Below, piece after piece: positions 35,206 through 48,476 of a DNA stretch of 64,000 nucleotides. The stretch is taken from contig JBNRSN020000010.1 of NCBI GenBank assembly GCA_051313645.2, positions 94,736,001 to 94,800,000 on the forward strand, read 5' to 3'. Numbering within the stretch: position 1 is the stretch's first letter; each line of letters begins with the position of its first letter. The translations under genes and the position numbers were made by a program. The DNA is from Centroscyllium fabricii (lineage: Eukaryota). A model generated the notes under the pieces. The model saw nothing but the letters and a program-made list of their open reading frames with translations. It had not been told where the DNA came from and did no database searches.

Positions 35206-36604
35206 ACTTAATGCTATTGCCAAATTGCAGCAGATATTGCAATGCCAGCTGCGTGTCTAAAGCTGTCATTGTCTGCACTGTACAACATCTTAAAAGATAC
35301 TTTGACCTGTGTGTTCATTTACAGTTTGCCTAAAACTCTTGGATGGAAGATGAAAGTTTGTACATTACTACACATCTATATTGATTTATCAGTAACACTT
35401 GTGCATACAGACTGTACCAAAAGGCCATCTCTAGTACCAGAAACATAACATCTTGTTGTTGAATACTTGCAACAAGTCAGTCACAAAGTTGACCAATGTA
35501 AGATTAATGATGCAATATGACTACTTCATGAATAGGAAAAGCTAATATTTAATGAGATTTGTAACATGAAAAAAATTGGACACCGAATTTTCCAGGATTT
35601 TCACAACATAAAATTGAAACTACAGTTTGCAAATAGTTTATATGTTAATTCTTTTTGATTTTGGTCAACACACAAGAGAAAGTACTATTTGTTTTCAAAT
35701 GGAACTCACTCCTCCCCCACCCCCCCCCAAAAATACAATTCCTCAAGATTCAGCTTTTGGGGAGACCAGCTGTGGCTTTAAAGTTCACATTAGAATTCAT
35801 GAAAAGAGCTCTGTTCTCATTGCCAAGTTTGTCTCTTCCAGCAATTTTACATTCTCCTCAGCTTCGATCAATGAAGCAACTTTCTACACCAATGTGTTAA
35901 ATTCCGTGCTCCTTATGGTTTCTTTTGCCAGCTACATCACATAAGGAGTACTTGGTTCTAACCACATTTTTCTCACAGCTGTGTTAGAAAGAGTGTCAGA
36001 ACTTCCTCTTACAACCCACATAATCTCTCATGGATTTCAAGGCTGAGGGATCAGTTCACATTGAGGTGTAATTATTTCATATTCATTCGTATTCTCAAAC
36101 TGCATTGCTTAGTTTCATTGTGACAGATTAAGGCCTGCCAGTAGTTACTAATGAGTGTTTACATCCTTCACAAGGAATACACACCAAGTATTCCACTATT
36201 CGGAAATAATATGAACCTAATTAATAAAATTAAGTTGAAATAACTAAACAGGTCTCACGTTAATTAGTTCCTATTTTGTTAAATGATATCTGAAGAAAAC
36301 GAACACTAATGTGAAAGAATGGTCTTTTGAAATAAATTGCTCATATCTCTTTTTTGACATTTTAATTTTAAACAAACTACAAAAATCTTACTTGGAAGGA
36401 GTATAGCACCTATTTATGTTCTTATATCTAAGATTTTAGCGTGAAATAGTTTTTCTTTTGGATTAAATAGGCAAATATTTCTACATCGCAGTGGTAAAAT
36501 GAATACTTTCCAGCCTTTTTCGTGAGAGTTTTTGCAATAGCTGTCTAACACCATTGAGTCTCAATAGGATAAGTTGTTCATTTAATTAAATATATGTATG
36601 TATT

Positions 36605-36960
36605 ATGCTACCTGTCTGAGTTGGAAGGGTTGGTTGTGGGTTCAAACCCCACTTTAGGAATATATTTTATAATCTGGCTCGAAACTCCAGTGCAGTATTG
36701 AGAGATGCTGCTCATCAGATGAGATGTTAAACTGAGGCCACGACGGCTTGTTCAGGTGGATGTTAAAGATACTGTAACATTTATCAAGAAGAGCAGAGAG
36801 TTCTCCCATGTCCTGAACAACATTCCTTCTTTAACCAACACAATTTAAAAAATCAGATTAACTGGCCATTGCTGTTTGTGGGATCTTGATGTGTTCAAAT
36901 TGGCTGCCACATTTACTGATAGAACAGCTGCTGCACTTCAAAAAGTAATTTGTGTGAATT
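36605..36960 (+). mobile_element. DeuSINE (SacSINE1/AmnSINE1-like)
   Basis: GTTGTGGGTTCAAACCCCAC head and Deu-domain-like GATGAGATGTTAAACTGAGG...TCAGGTGGATGTTAAAGAT...TTGCTGTTTGTGGGATCTTG. Reverse copies at about 37150-37440, 45370-45590 and 45835-45995. Confidence 0.7.
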
Positions 36961-37449
36961 GGTTTAACACATTTCTCAGAGAGGTGAAGCACTTTTTTTC
37001 TCCAGGGTGGAAGTTATTTTATATAACTAGATACCCTTTATGCTAAATTGTGTCTTACACCAAGAGTTCATTGACCTCAAACACAATGGGCTGAATTTTA
37101 ACAGCCAAGAGTAGGTGGGTTGGGGGTCATGGAAGCCAATTTGCATACAGTGGTGAGATAATGTCCAGTTAATCTGTTTTCGATGATGTTGGATGAGGGA
37201 CACAGAGAACTCCCCTGCTCATCCTCGAATAGTATCTCGGGATCTTGTGTCCACCAGAGCAGGCAGACGGTGTCTCAGTTCATTGTTTCATCTGAAAGAT
37301 GGCACCTTTTGACAATGCAGCACTCTTTCAGTACTGCACTGAAGTGTCTAGTCTGTGTGCTTAAGCCCTGGAGTGGTGCTTGAAACTATGACCTTCTGAT
37401 TTAGAGGCGAGAGTGATCCTACTGAGCCAAGCTGACACTCAAATGATGG

Positions 37450-38510
37450 GATGAGGCCATGTTACCAACAAGGACCATGATACTGATTTCAATTCTCTGT
37501 GGCAAATGGAGCCAATGGAGGTCAGCAAGGACGGGGTCATGATGAGCAATACTTATTCTGGGACAGGATGAGAGTAGCAGAGTTTTGATTGTATTGGAGT
37601 TTGTGTAGGGTGAAGCTCAGGAGGTTGGTGAGCAAGTTGTTGGAGAAGACAAGTGTGGAGCTAACAACAAGACAGATAAGAGTTTCAATGTTGCTAGGGT
37701 GAGGTAAGGGCAGAGGTGTGTGATACTGGGGAGGTAGGAGTAAACAATCTTGGTGATGGGTAGGATATTAGATTTAATGGTCAGCTGAGAGGCAAACTGA
37801 ACAGGTTTATCCTAAGTGAGCAGCTAAGAAAATTTCATATTAATTGGGGGCTAAGCATGGAGTTTTTGACTGGTGTTACATAGCATGGTGGAGATACTAC
37901 AATGTGATATAGCATCAGGGCTGGAATGAGAGAAGGGCACGAGAGTTGGTCAGGGACAGGAGTGGACAGGGTATTAAAGCATCAGAGCTGTGGTAAGAGA
38001 ACAGCAGGATGGGTGGTCAGGACTTAATCTTGAAATGAAAAAGTTGCTTGAGCTTCTCACGTGGCTTTGGAGGTGAAGATAAAAAGGGCAGGAAAATGGG
38101 GTCAGGAGGAGGTAGTTTGTTGAGAAGAATCAGGAAATACTGTTACCCCCCAGGATGATGCTGGAGATGCAGTAGGATTTGGCTGTGGAAATGGAGATAT
38201 GACATAGCTCAACTTGATCCCGCACATCCTGGGGGAGTCTGGCCAGTCATGTGCCAAATGCATTCAAGTCTGCAGAGCTCAAGCTTGATGGTATGAAGGT
38301 GGGAACTGTACCAGGGAATGGCAAGAGTGGGAGACCATGAGCGACCTGGTAGAGACAATGGGAGAACCAAGAAAGCTGTTGATCAGGTCAACAGAGGTAG
38401 TTGGGAGGTCGTGGGAGTGGAGTTTTCTCCAGGGATAGTTGATGAGGATAGTGGGGCTGGAGGTGTGCAGGGAGATGAGGAAGTGATTAGAGATGGCCTT
38501 GTCAATAATC
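37450..38510 (-). mobile_element. Very old L2-like LINE remnant
   Basis: Purine-rich + strand typical of reversed L2 ORF2; only fragmentary similarity. Confidence 0.35.
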
Positions 38511-38639
38511 AAATTTGAAACAAAATCTAAATTTTTTATATTAACTGCTTTTAACTCTAACAATGGTCTTGGGTTACGTTCTGGCGTTAAGAAATAAAAA
38601 AAAAGCCACTCAATTTTCCTGAACACACATTAAAATGTT

Positions 38640-39344
38640 GGCCTGTAATTTGCAGTCAGCAGTGAAGTTAAGGCGCTCGCTGCTGACCTCAAAGAAAGCT
38701 GGCCACATCTCTGTGGCGAGAAGTTTGCCTTTCTCGACGTTCAATTGATTGTAGTACTGTGAAATGGGAATCCCCAGCGAAGTGCTGCAGTGACATCAAC
38801 AAGTTGCCTAAGCAGCCAATCACAATGAAAAATTCTCAGGCAGCAAACCAGGAAAAGAAAAGCAGCTTTTATCTGCACTTTTTATAAATGTTAGAGAGAG
38901 CAAAATAAAGATTGGGACTTTCACATGGGGATAAGGGACAAACTGTCATTTTTATCATAATGGAGAAATTTTATACTCCATAAATATAAAAATTAGTTTT
39001 TTAGGACCAGAACGGTTGTTTAGCAGACAATACGCTGTTAAAACCCCAGTTACACCTATTTCAACAAGGCTTAACAGTTAATGGGGTAATTAACAGCAAT
39101 ATTAGCTCAGAAAAGCTTACATTTTTGTCAGTTCCACTGATTGCCGGCTTATGGTGGTTGGGGAGGGGGAGGGGCGGTTGTCGCAGCGCAGCCCGTGTCA
39201 GAGCAGTGAATGACTGACCGCAACGAGAGGATTTCCGCACTTAGATCTGCATGCACTAAATCCTGATGGTGCAGTCAGTTTCAGAGGGGTAATGATAGCA
39301 AATACTGACAGTTCGTCGTCATTACCCACCGCAAAATCTGGGCC
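38640..39344. mobile_element. Non-autonomous DNA transposon with PIF/Harbinger-like termini
   Basis: GGCCTGTAATTTGCAGT ... ACCGCAAAATCTGGGCC form imperfect TIRs. Confidence 0.55.
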
Positions 39345-40329
39345 TTTGTCCTTTGCTCTGGCTGTGGCCATCTTGTAATGATCCTGTTGCCAGGATACTT
39401 ATCACCATAACTGAAGTCAATCCTCTGCAGCAAAACTGAACAATTTTGTAAAGTCTTTGAGCACAATACTATTGCTTTATCTAAAAGCTGTAGAAACCTC
39501 TCTGTCTTCCCAGCATCCATGCCTATCCACACCACCTACTAATTCACCCAGCAAACAGATCAAGCAGCTGAGTTTGTAGAAAGTCTGTTTGCTCTTGCTA
39601 AGAACCCTTATGTGACCCTTTACAGATTCAACTAGCATCGCTGGGAGAACTGCAGAGGGTATGCTTAATCATCAACAACACTGCAGTAATGCTCCAAATT
39701 CTAAGCTTATTTTATTGAAATTTACGCCCCGACTGTCGATAGACTTCAAATATATATATTACATTCAAATATATAGATATTACATAGACATATGTGCACA
39801 TACATATACACAAGTAAAAAATAAAGAAATACATATGTATGACATTGAAGCAAAGGCACACTATTGCTGCAAAACTCCCTCGATACCTCTGAAAGATTAC
39901 AGCACCGGTTTTCCTAGCTCTAAGCTGCAGACGTGATTATGAATAGGAATTTTCAGACTTCATGCCACTTATGCCAATAGCACTTGTGTATCACCTAATG
40001 GACTGTGGATAATCAATACTGAAGACTAATACCAAACCCTTTTGTCAGTTCCCTGATTCACTGTAAATACTTGTTACACATTCTATTAATTGTTTTCCAG
40101 AGCAGATTGTTGAACTACAACAAACAGTAGAACTTATAGAAAAAACATATATATTTGTTAACCATCACAAAATTTCACAATTTGAAAAGTTTACTGAACA
40201 GTTCCTTAATTTACTACAAACTTTCACAAGTATTATTTGTAGTACTTTGTGAATGAAAAAAACGGTTACTTTACCATCCAATCAGTACTTCATTTATTAT
40301 TTTTTTGGTGAACAGATCAAAGTATACTA

Positions 40330-41350
40330 ACTTGTCCTTCTAGGTGGTAGAGGTCGTGGGTTTGGGAGGTGCTGTTGAAGGAGCTTTGGCGAGTTGCTCC
40401 AGTGCATCTTGTAGATGGTACACATTGCAGCCACGGTACGCCGGTGGTAGAGGGAGTGAATTTTTAAGGTGGTGAATGGGGTGCCAATCAAGCGGACTGC
40501 TTTGTCCTGGTTGATGTCGAGCTTCTTGAGTGCTGTTGGAGGTGCACTCATCCAGGCAAGCGGAGAGCATTCTATCACACTCCCTGCTTTTCTGGTCAAT
40601 GGTGGCCCCCAGGATGTTGATGGTGGAGGATTCGGTGATGGTAATGACGTTGAATGTCAAGGGGAGTTGGTTAGACTCTCACTTGTTGGAAATAATCATT
40701 GCCTGGCACTTTTGAATCCGAATGTTACCTGCCACTTATCAGCCCAAGCCTGAATGTTGTTCAGGTCTTGTTGCATGCAGGCATGGACTGCTTCATTATC
40801 TGAGGAGTTGTGAATGGCGCTGAACACTGTGCAGTCATCAGCGAACATCCCCATTTCTGACCTTATGTTGGAGGGAAGGTCATTGATGAAGCAGCTGAAG
40901 ATGGTTGTGCCTCGGACACTGCCCTGAGGAACTCCTGCAGCGATGTCCTGGGGCTGTGATGAGTGACCTTCAACCACCACAACCATGTTCCTTTGTGCTA
41001 GGTATGACTCCAGCCAGTTGTGCGTTTTCCTCCCGATTGCCATTGACTTCAGATTTACTAGGGCTCTTGATGCCACACTTGGTCAAATGCTGCTTTGATG
41101 TCAAAGGCAGTCACTCTCACCTCACCTCTGGAATTCAGCTCCTTTGTCCATGTTTGGACCAAGGCTGTAATGAGGTCTGGAGCTGAGAGGTCTTGGCAGA
41201 ACCCAAACTGGGCATCAGTGAGCAGACTATTGGTGATTAAGTGCCGCTTGCTAAGCACTGTCGATGACACTTTCCATCACTTTGCTGATGATTGAGAGTA
41301 GACTGATGGGGTGATAATTGGCTGGGTTGGATTTGTCTTGCTTTTTGTGA
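40330..41350 (-). mobile_element. Decayed CR1/L2-clade LINE RT region (family distinct from the main CR1s)
   Basis: YHPISLLSIISKVME, FDIKAAFDQVWH, GVPQGS, FINDLP and MFADDCTV occur across frameshifted ORFs. Confidence 0.85.
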
Positions 41351-42594
41351 CAACTCTTGTAGATGCATGCGCCTTGCTTCAGGCACTCCTCAGCTACTGT
41401 TAGTACAACTTTTCGAGGGGTCACTATCCATGGCAGCAAAAGGTAAGCCTCGTCACCACAAGACATCCATTTTTACTTCTATCTTGAACATCTTCCTTGC
41501 AGAGCTCAGGGAGAGCTGGACATTTAGCAAATAGTACACCTTTCTATTAAGAAAGATGACAGGGTCAATTGTAGGAGCACACAATGTCATGTGCATGCCA
41601 TCTACTGCATCCTGCACTTGGGTAAGTTAGTAATATGATTAACTAGATGGCCTTATAGTGGCAAACCAGTTGAATGCTACAGCTTCTAAAAATGTTAGTA
41701 ACCTGACCAATACATGACCAAAAGGTATCCAAGGTGACAGATCCCCCATCGATGCTTGATTAAAACTTACGCAATCGTCACTTTCACAGCAATACACAAA
41801 GCTGTCCGGGTAGATGACCTTGGCCACAGGTCTTCACGTAGTAGCTGGCACAGCTCCCCCATTGCATCGTTGGTGAAATGCACTCTTCTCACGCACCGTC
41901 ACCGGATCTGCGAAGCCGGTAATTTCCTTACAGAAGGCAATACATTGTAGGGTGCCTCCTCTTCATATGCTGCCTCACTCTCCTTCCATCCATGCTGTAT
42001 TGCTCCTCCTGCTCCATTAAAATTGAAAATAAGGGAATGCCCATTGGGAAACCCATATCTGGTACTCAAAACCACTTACTGTGGATGGGGATAAACACAG
42101 CCCAGTGGCCTCACAGGCCCTCAGATGTAACCTTTATCGAGGGGAAAGTTAAAAGTGACACTTAAAAAGTCCTTCTGGAACTCCAGCAATCACTCCTCAA
42201 AGTTTCTTCAGGCTGCAGGCTCAGAGTCCAGAGTAAAGCACTTCCACCCTGTCTCAACTGATGCTGGCAACAGATACACCTCTTAACACATCGTTAATTT
42301 CCCTTGGTGCAGTGGGAGATCAAGTCTTGGGGATTTGGCACTCCAGCACTGTTCCTCCACGTTAGCATTTACTTTAATTACCACCCAGCAGCATCACTGC
42401 ACTACTTTGAGAAGGTCCCAGACTGTGATGGAAATTATAGTGCTTCCACGGAAATGGGTCTCATCCCAGAATAAACTTCCAAAATTGCCAGAAACCTCCT
42501 TTCAAGCCCCAAAGTTGCCATAAATTACGAATTAGATTTGGGCCGCCATGTAAGATTAGTATAGAAGTGACTTTTCCTCCCGCAAATGGATGTA

Positions 42595-43058
42595 CAGGTT
42601 GAGCACCGGTAATTCGTTAACCGGAAAGCCGGCAGCTTCAGTCGTCCAGCATAAATTGCCCCGACTGCCCTGCGCATGCGCAAAATGGTCGCCGCGCTTG
42701 ATGCTTCGGCGAAAGATCTGCACATGCGCAGATCATTCACAATGGTCTCCGCAGGCCGGATCTCCCCGAGCCGATCGCGGGCCGGGTCTTCCCGAGTCTC
42801 TCTGAGCCGATCGCGGGCCGGGTCTTCCCGAGTCTCACCGAAGCCGATCGCGGGCCGGGTCTCTCCGAGCCGATCGCGGGCCAGGCCTCCCCGAACGATA
42901 AACGCATGCGCAGACCACTCAAAATGGCCGCCGGCCTTTCGCGGTGATCATTTTGAATGGTCTGCGCATGCGCTCGCCGAAGCTTCAATCGTTCGGGATT
43001 TTCACTTTCCTGGCACGGGCCTGGTCCCACCTGTGCCAGATTAACAGTGCTCAACCTG
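42595..43058. mobile_element. pogo/Tigger-like MITE (copy A), TA target duplication
   Basis: TA|CAGGTTGAGCACCGGTAATTCG ... CAGATTAACAGTGCTCAACCTG|TA, TIR match 18/22; GC-rich interior. Confidence 0.88.
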
Positions 43059-44460
43059 TATATTTGGATTTCCACAAGGCATTCGATAAGGTGCCACATA
43101 AAAAGCTATCAAACAAGGTGAGGGCTCATGGGGTTGGGGGTAATATAGTACCATGGATAGAGGATTGATTAACAGACAGAAAACAGAGTAGGGATAAACT
43201 GGTCATTGTCTGGTTGGCAGGCTGTAACTATTGGGGTGCCGCAAGGATCAGTGCTTGGGCCTCGGCTATTTACAATGTATATTAACGACTTAGATGAAGG
43301 GACACTTCCGCTCCTGGGCCTGTCCAGTGTCGAAATGCGCAGGGCCCATATATCCCAGGGGTGAATGAAGTTCGCAAGCGTCCCTGAGATCACGTGGGCC
43401 AGGCCAGCCAATAGGAGAAGGGAATCTCCCTTCATACTTTTGACAGATAAACCTGTCAAATATATGAATGGAGATCACCCCAAAAACACAGTAAAACATT
43501 AAATACATTAAAAAAAAACTGTCACATTTTTAAAATGAATTAATATTACATTAAATTAAATATTGTAAACAAAAATGTAATTTTTTCAAAAAAATAATTA
43601 AACTTTTTACAGGGCTAAAAATACACTGACATCATCTGACACCGGCTTTCCCTCAATTGGCTAGCAAGTCTGCAGGGCGGGGCTTAACAAGGCCAATCAG
43701 GGGAAAATAGCATCTGTGCGTCGGACGTCACTGGGGGTGCGACAAGAACCCAGAAGGCAGCAGTCCCGCTCCCAACTCGTCTCCGAGTAAAATCCAGCCC
43801 AGAAAGTTAGCATGCAGAATACAGCAAACAATTAGGAAGGCAAATAGCATGTTGGCCTTTATTGCAAGAGGGTTGGAGTACCAGAGTAAAGAAGTCATAC
43901 TACAATTGCACAGGGCTTTGGTGAGACCGCACCTGGAGTACAGTTTTAGTCGCCTTATCTGAGGAATGACATACTTGCCTTGGAGGCGGTGCAACAAAGG
44001 TTCACTAGATTGATCCCTGGGATGAGAAGGCTGTCCTATGATGAGAGATTGTGTAGAATGGGCCTATACTCTCTGTAGTTTAGAAGAATGAGAGGTGATC
44101 TCATTGAAACATACAAGATTCTGAAGGGGATTGACAGGGTAGATGCCGAGAGGTTGTTTCCCCCGGCTGGAGTGTCTAGAACGTGGGAGCATTGTCTCAG
44201 TTTAAGGGGTAGGCCATTTAAGATGGAGATGAGGAGGAATTTCTTTACTCAGAGGGTCGTGAATCTTTGGAATTCTCTGCCCCAGATGGCTGTGAATGCT
44301 GAGTCATTGAGTATAGTCAAGGCTGAGATAAATAGGTTTTTTGACTCTCGGGGAATCAAGGGATATGGAGACCGGGCAGGAAAGTGGAGCCATGATCTTA
44401 TTGGATGGCGGAGCAGGCTCAAGGGGCTGTATGACCTACTTCTGCTCCTAATTCTTATGC
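43059..44460 (+). mobile_element. CR1 LINE fragment interrupted at 43304-43800 by a Harbinger-like MITE remnant
   Basis: YLDFHKAFDKVPH and GVPQGSVLGP-type sequence to 43303; resumes at 43801 (AGAAAGTTAGCATGCAG); MRGDLIETYK ORF. The insert ends in GTAAAATCCAGCCC. Confidence 0.88.
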
Positions 44461-44556
44461 TCTCTGAACAATAAGAAAATGACAATGAACATTTCCTGAT
44501 TTGTTTAATCTAAACAAAACAAAATAAAAATAAAACAAATATTTCCAAGAAATATA

Positions 44557-45281
44557 GGCCCATATATTCCGATCCCTATGGGTGTGTATGCGCTGTGTAC
44601 TCACTCGTAGGGACATTGGAAATGCTGGTTTCAGGCATGCACAGCACATGTGCTGAAAACCGGCATTTCTGATTTGTCAAGGATGATCTTGACAGATCCT
44701 CCTGCTGCCCGAGAGAATGGCCGCTGCGAGCGAATAGTTCTGTTCTTTGGAGACCCTCCGCCCGCAGAAAACCCTTACAATTCTTACGCCTGGTAAAAGC
44801 CTGATAAGAGTTGAAAAAAAGTTTAAAAAAAGTTTCTCTCATTTATTTATCATTTAAAAATACTTTTGTAAAAAGTTTATTTTTTGACACTTAAAAAACT
44901 TTAATTATTTTTTTCAAAAAATAAAATATTTGTTTAATACTTAATTTATTGTAATTTCAAGTCATTTGAAAAATGTGATTAAAAATGTATTTAAAGTTTT
45001 ACTATGTTTTTGAGATAATCTCCATTGATATATTTGACAGGTCTTCCTGTCAAGTGTTGAAGGGAAATTCCCTTCTGTGATTGGCTTTCCATGGCCTACG
45101 TGATCCCAGGGATGCTGCAAACTACATGTGCCCCTGGGATACGTGGGCCCTGCGCATTTGGAGTTTGGAGAGACCTAGGAGCAGAAGCATGTGCATCCCG
45201 GGGGTCCTCGGGTAAGGGCGTAGATTTTTCCAGATCACAGGCCTCCGCCCGCGGGAGGCCTGCGATCGGAAAATACAGGCC
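44557..45281. mobile_element. PIF/Harbinger-type MITE with 3-bp TSD (ATA)
   Basis: ATA|GGCCCATATATTCCGATC ... GATCGGAAAATACAGGCC|ATA; AT-rich centre and GC-rich arms. Confidence 0.82.
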
Positions 45282-46148
45282 ATAGTCAGAAGTGAATTAC
45301 AAGAAACCATACTTTATTATATTTCTCAGAAATGTATATATTTTATATATGATGAATTAATTTGAAGTCTGCTGTTAGGTAGATAGATGTGGCAGCCAAT
45401 TTAACACATCAAGATCCACAAACAGCAATGAGATGGATGCCTAATTAATTTGGGTTTGGGGGTATTGGTTTAGATAAATGTTGGCGAGTAACCTGGAACT
45501 CCTTCCCCTTTACATGGTGCCATCCTAACATCCACTTAAACTGCTGGGACATGCAGACAGGACCTCAGTTTAACATCACATCCAGGGGTTAACATATTAA
45601 AAGAACTTGGATCTTTATAGTGCCTTTCACTTCCTCAGCTTTGTTAAATTTAATTGTACTTGAATTATTTATGTGTGCCAATAATAACCGTAAAAATAAA
45701 TATAAGTCATTGCTTAAAAGGCATTGTGCATATAAATTATGGATAGGTGAAGGGTTCTTTTGCTTTGACGGTGTACAACTGAACACAGTAGCCAGTTAAG
45801 TAACATAATTAGGTCATGAGACATAGACACAGAATGTCCCAAAGCACTTTACAGCCATTGACTACCTGACAATGCAGAAATCTCTCAGTGGCATATTGCA
45901 GTATCAGCCTAGATTATGTTCTCAAATCCAGATATAGGGCTTGAATGCATAACTTCTGATTCAGAGGCAAGCATGCTACCAACTCAGCCAAGCTATATAC
46001 TGGAAATACAGGTCCTTTAGAAAACATGTGCTATTAAAAAAGTTGAATTTATGTATTTTTTTTACCTTGTGTTGAACACAATGAAAAGCAGAGCAGAAGA
46101 ACAAAAGAAAGCATACTTTCACTTTTTAAAGCTCGTCAAAGCACTCAC

Positions 46149-46379
46149 TTCTGAACTTTTTCAATCAGTTCATTTTTGGCTTCCAAGGCTTGCTGCAGTT
46201 TAATCTCCATGTTTGCCCGCTCTGCCACAGCCAATTGTAACTGGTTTGCAAGATCTTCATTTTGGTGGTGTGTGGCTGACATAATGCCCTCGCTGGCACG
46301 TAAAGCACTGTCATAAGTGCCTAGAGCAAAGTTGAACTGGTCTGTGAGAAGAGCCTCTTGTGATAACGACTTGTGTAAG
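46149..46379 (-). CDS. MIPOL1: MIPOL1 penultimate coding exon (231 nt, phase 2/2)
   Basis: Acceptor TGTTCTTTCAG|C and donor AA|GTGAGT. Encodes the coiled-coil LHKSLSQEALLTDQFNFALGTYDSAL...LANQLQLAVAERANMEIKLQQALEAKNELIEKVQK, matching recalled MIPOL1. Confidence 0.93.
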
Positions 46380-47713
46380 CTGAAAGAACATGAACAAATG
46401 TGACAAGATAATTTTTCTTCATTAAATGTAATTGTACTTAAATTATTTATATATACCAATAATTTTTACAACAAAGTCAGTGCTTGTGTATACAAATTAT
46501 GGGCAAGTAAAGTGTCTTTTAGCTTTGACTGTACAACTGAACATGAGACATATCATGTCATGCCATGAGACATAGCAAGATGGTAGCAGTTGACTTTGGT
46601 TTAGTTGTGCCGAGGAACTGCATTACTTCCTATGCCATTTGTCCATTTTGTTAACAAGTGGAACTAATGAAAAATAAAAGAGAAATTAAAATATTTTCTT
46701 TTCTTTGAGAAATTCCTCTTGCATTGGATACTAAAGCTTTCCTTACTTGGCTACCAATCAAAAACTGAATGTAATGCCATATGCCACCTCAGTTAGTCTA
46801 TTCATTACTTAGGTTGTGTTCTACCACTCCCTTGAAATGATTAGTGGGACTGCACTGCATGTTGAGTTGGAGACTGTGCTTCCCAAATCCGTTATACTCC
46901 ACTTCTGCACAATATACATAGTCATAGTCAAACCAACTGGCCACAAGTATGGGTGGAGATCACTTATGCCAGATCTCTACTTGTAATTTGACTGCATTCC
47001 TGATGAACCTTTGGACTAGCGCTTCATTTTGATGAGGAAAGATAATGTCATTGAGATGTTCTGGCAATTTCTCATCATTCATGCAGGATGTGAACATAAT
47101 CATAAATCTGAACCTGGAAAATGAGCATCCAGGATTGCTAGGGAGCTGCTGGATAAGGAAGTAATGATTTAAAGGGACAGTTAGGAAGACACACTAGCCT
47201 AAATTTTCCACTTGGCCATAATGCCAATGTAAGTGTGGTGGGACAGGAGTTCCGGCTGCTACAAGAATGTGCCCTGACCCTAGCTGATTAAATCATTTTG
47301 ACTGTCTCCCTGGTTTCCACTGAGGAATGGAAAAGGCTGGAGAATGGCTGCAGCAGACTGTAAGCATTTGCTGTGGTGCAGAATGACTGGTGGCCTCGGG
47401 GTTAGCGCAAGTGCTGATTTTTAAACATTTTATTTAAAGCATCTTAGATTATGTAATCAATCTCCCTCTCTGACTGTATAGGGTTTCCAACCTCAATTTT
47501 TAAAACCCTCTGCATTGTCCATAGTAATGTTGGACACTAGGAATACACTGCTAAGGTGCAATGTCACAATGAAGTATGTCTACCATTTCCATCTCATTAT
47601 AATGTGCCTACCCAAACTGGGTGGATGTATTTTATCCCCAATGTCACTTCCGACAGAAAATGCCAGAAGTGGCAAGGATGAGCGGCTCCCAAAGAACTCT
47701 GTCATATTCAAAG

Positions 47714-48237
47714 TGCAAAAAGTCACACAACACCAGGTTTAAAGTCCAACGTTTTATTTTAAATCACAAGCTTTCGGAGCTTTTGCCCCTTCGTCAGGTG
47801 AAAGAGAAACTAAAGTCAAAGATCACACACATGGGGGAGGGGAGTTACTCTGGGAAGATGGTCTAACTTGATCAGTATATTTTGATTGTTTTTGAAGAGT
47901 AATATGTTGTGAGTTTGTTTTTGAAGAATATATTGAGTTTTTCTGTCAACTATTTAAAAACTTTTTTGTTTACTTAATCAGCGAGAAGGCTTTGTGCCAC
48001 TGGTTCTGGCACTGCCATATTTTGCTTAGATCCTGAAAATCTGTATATTGGGTTTCTCTATGTGAATCCCATTAGATTTATGTTTTCTGCATGAAGTAGA
48101 GGAGCAATGGAGTGGTGCCAGGCAGTTGAAATTGAACCAAAGGAGGCCTGGGACCACCTGCTGGTACATATAAAGACATATAAAGTGATTTCAAATAAAA
48201 CTGCTGGACTATAACCTGGTGTTGTGTGACTTCTTGC
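47714..48237. mobile_element. Penelope-like inverted ends (47714-47803 and 48185-48237)
   Basis: AAGTCACACAACACCAGGTT...TTTCGGAGC...CTTCGTCAGGTG, with its reverse complement GTGATTTCAAATAAAAC...CCTGGTGTTGTGTGACTT downstream. Confidence 0.65.
47764..47801 (-). ncRNA. Minimal type I hammerhead ribozyme motif
   Basis: Minus strand reads UCAC-CUGACGA-A-GGGGC-AAAA-GCUCC-GAAA-GC-UU-GUGA (one G-U pair in stem II). Confidence 0.72.
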
Positions 48238-48476
48238 ATATAAAGACAGAAGCATGCTTAACTTGATTTGTGCTAGGGAATTTGTATAGGCTAAGATTCA
48301 CCAGGAACGCTGCGACAGAGTAGTGTACATGCCGCAATCTGCCTACAGCCAAACTCCACCACAAGCATACATTGCCAATGGCTGCCAAGGTCACTTCAGT
48401 TCCTAACTTTTATGCCTCCGGCTCATTCCAGGCTTCCAAGGAACATGAGTCAATCTGCAGTGCATCAATGTATCAA

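Noticed and set aside
41350-42530. Possible ancient LTR-element coding remnant
   Set aside because: Composition is suggestive but no motif could be read with confidence.
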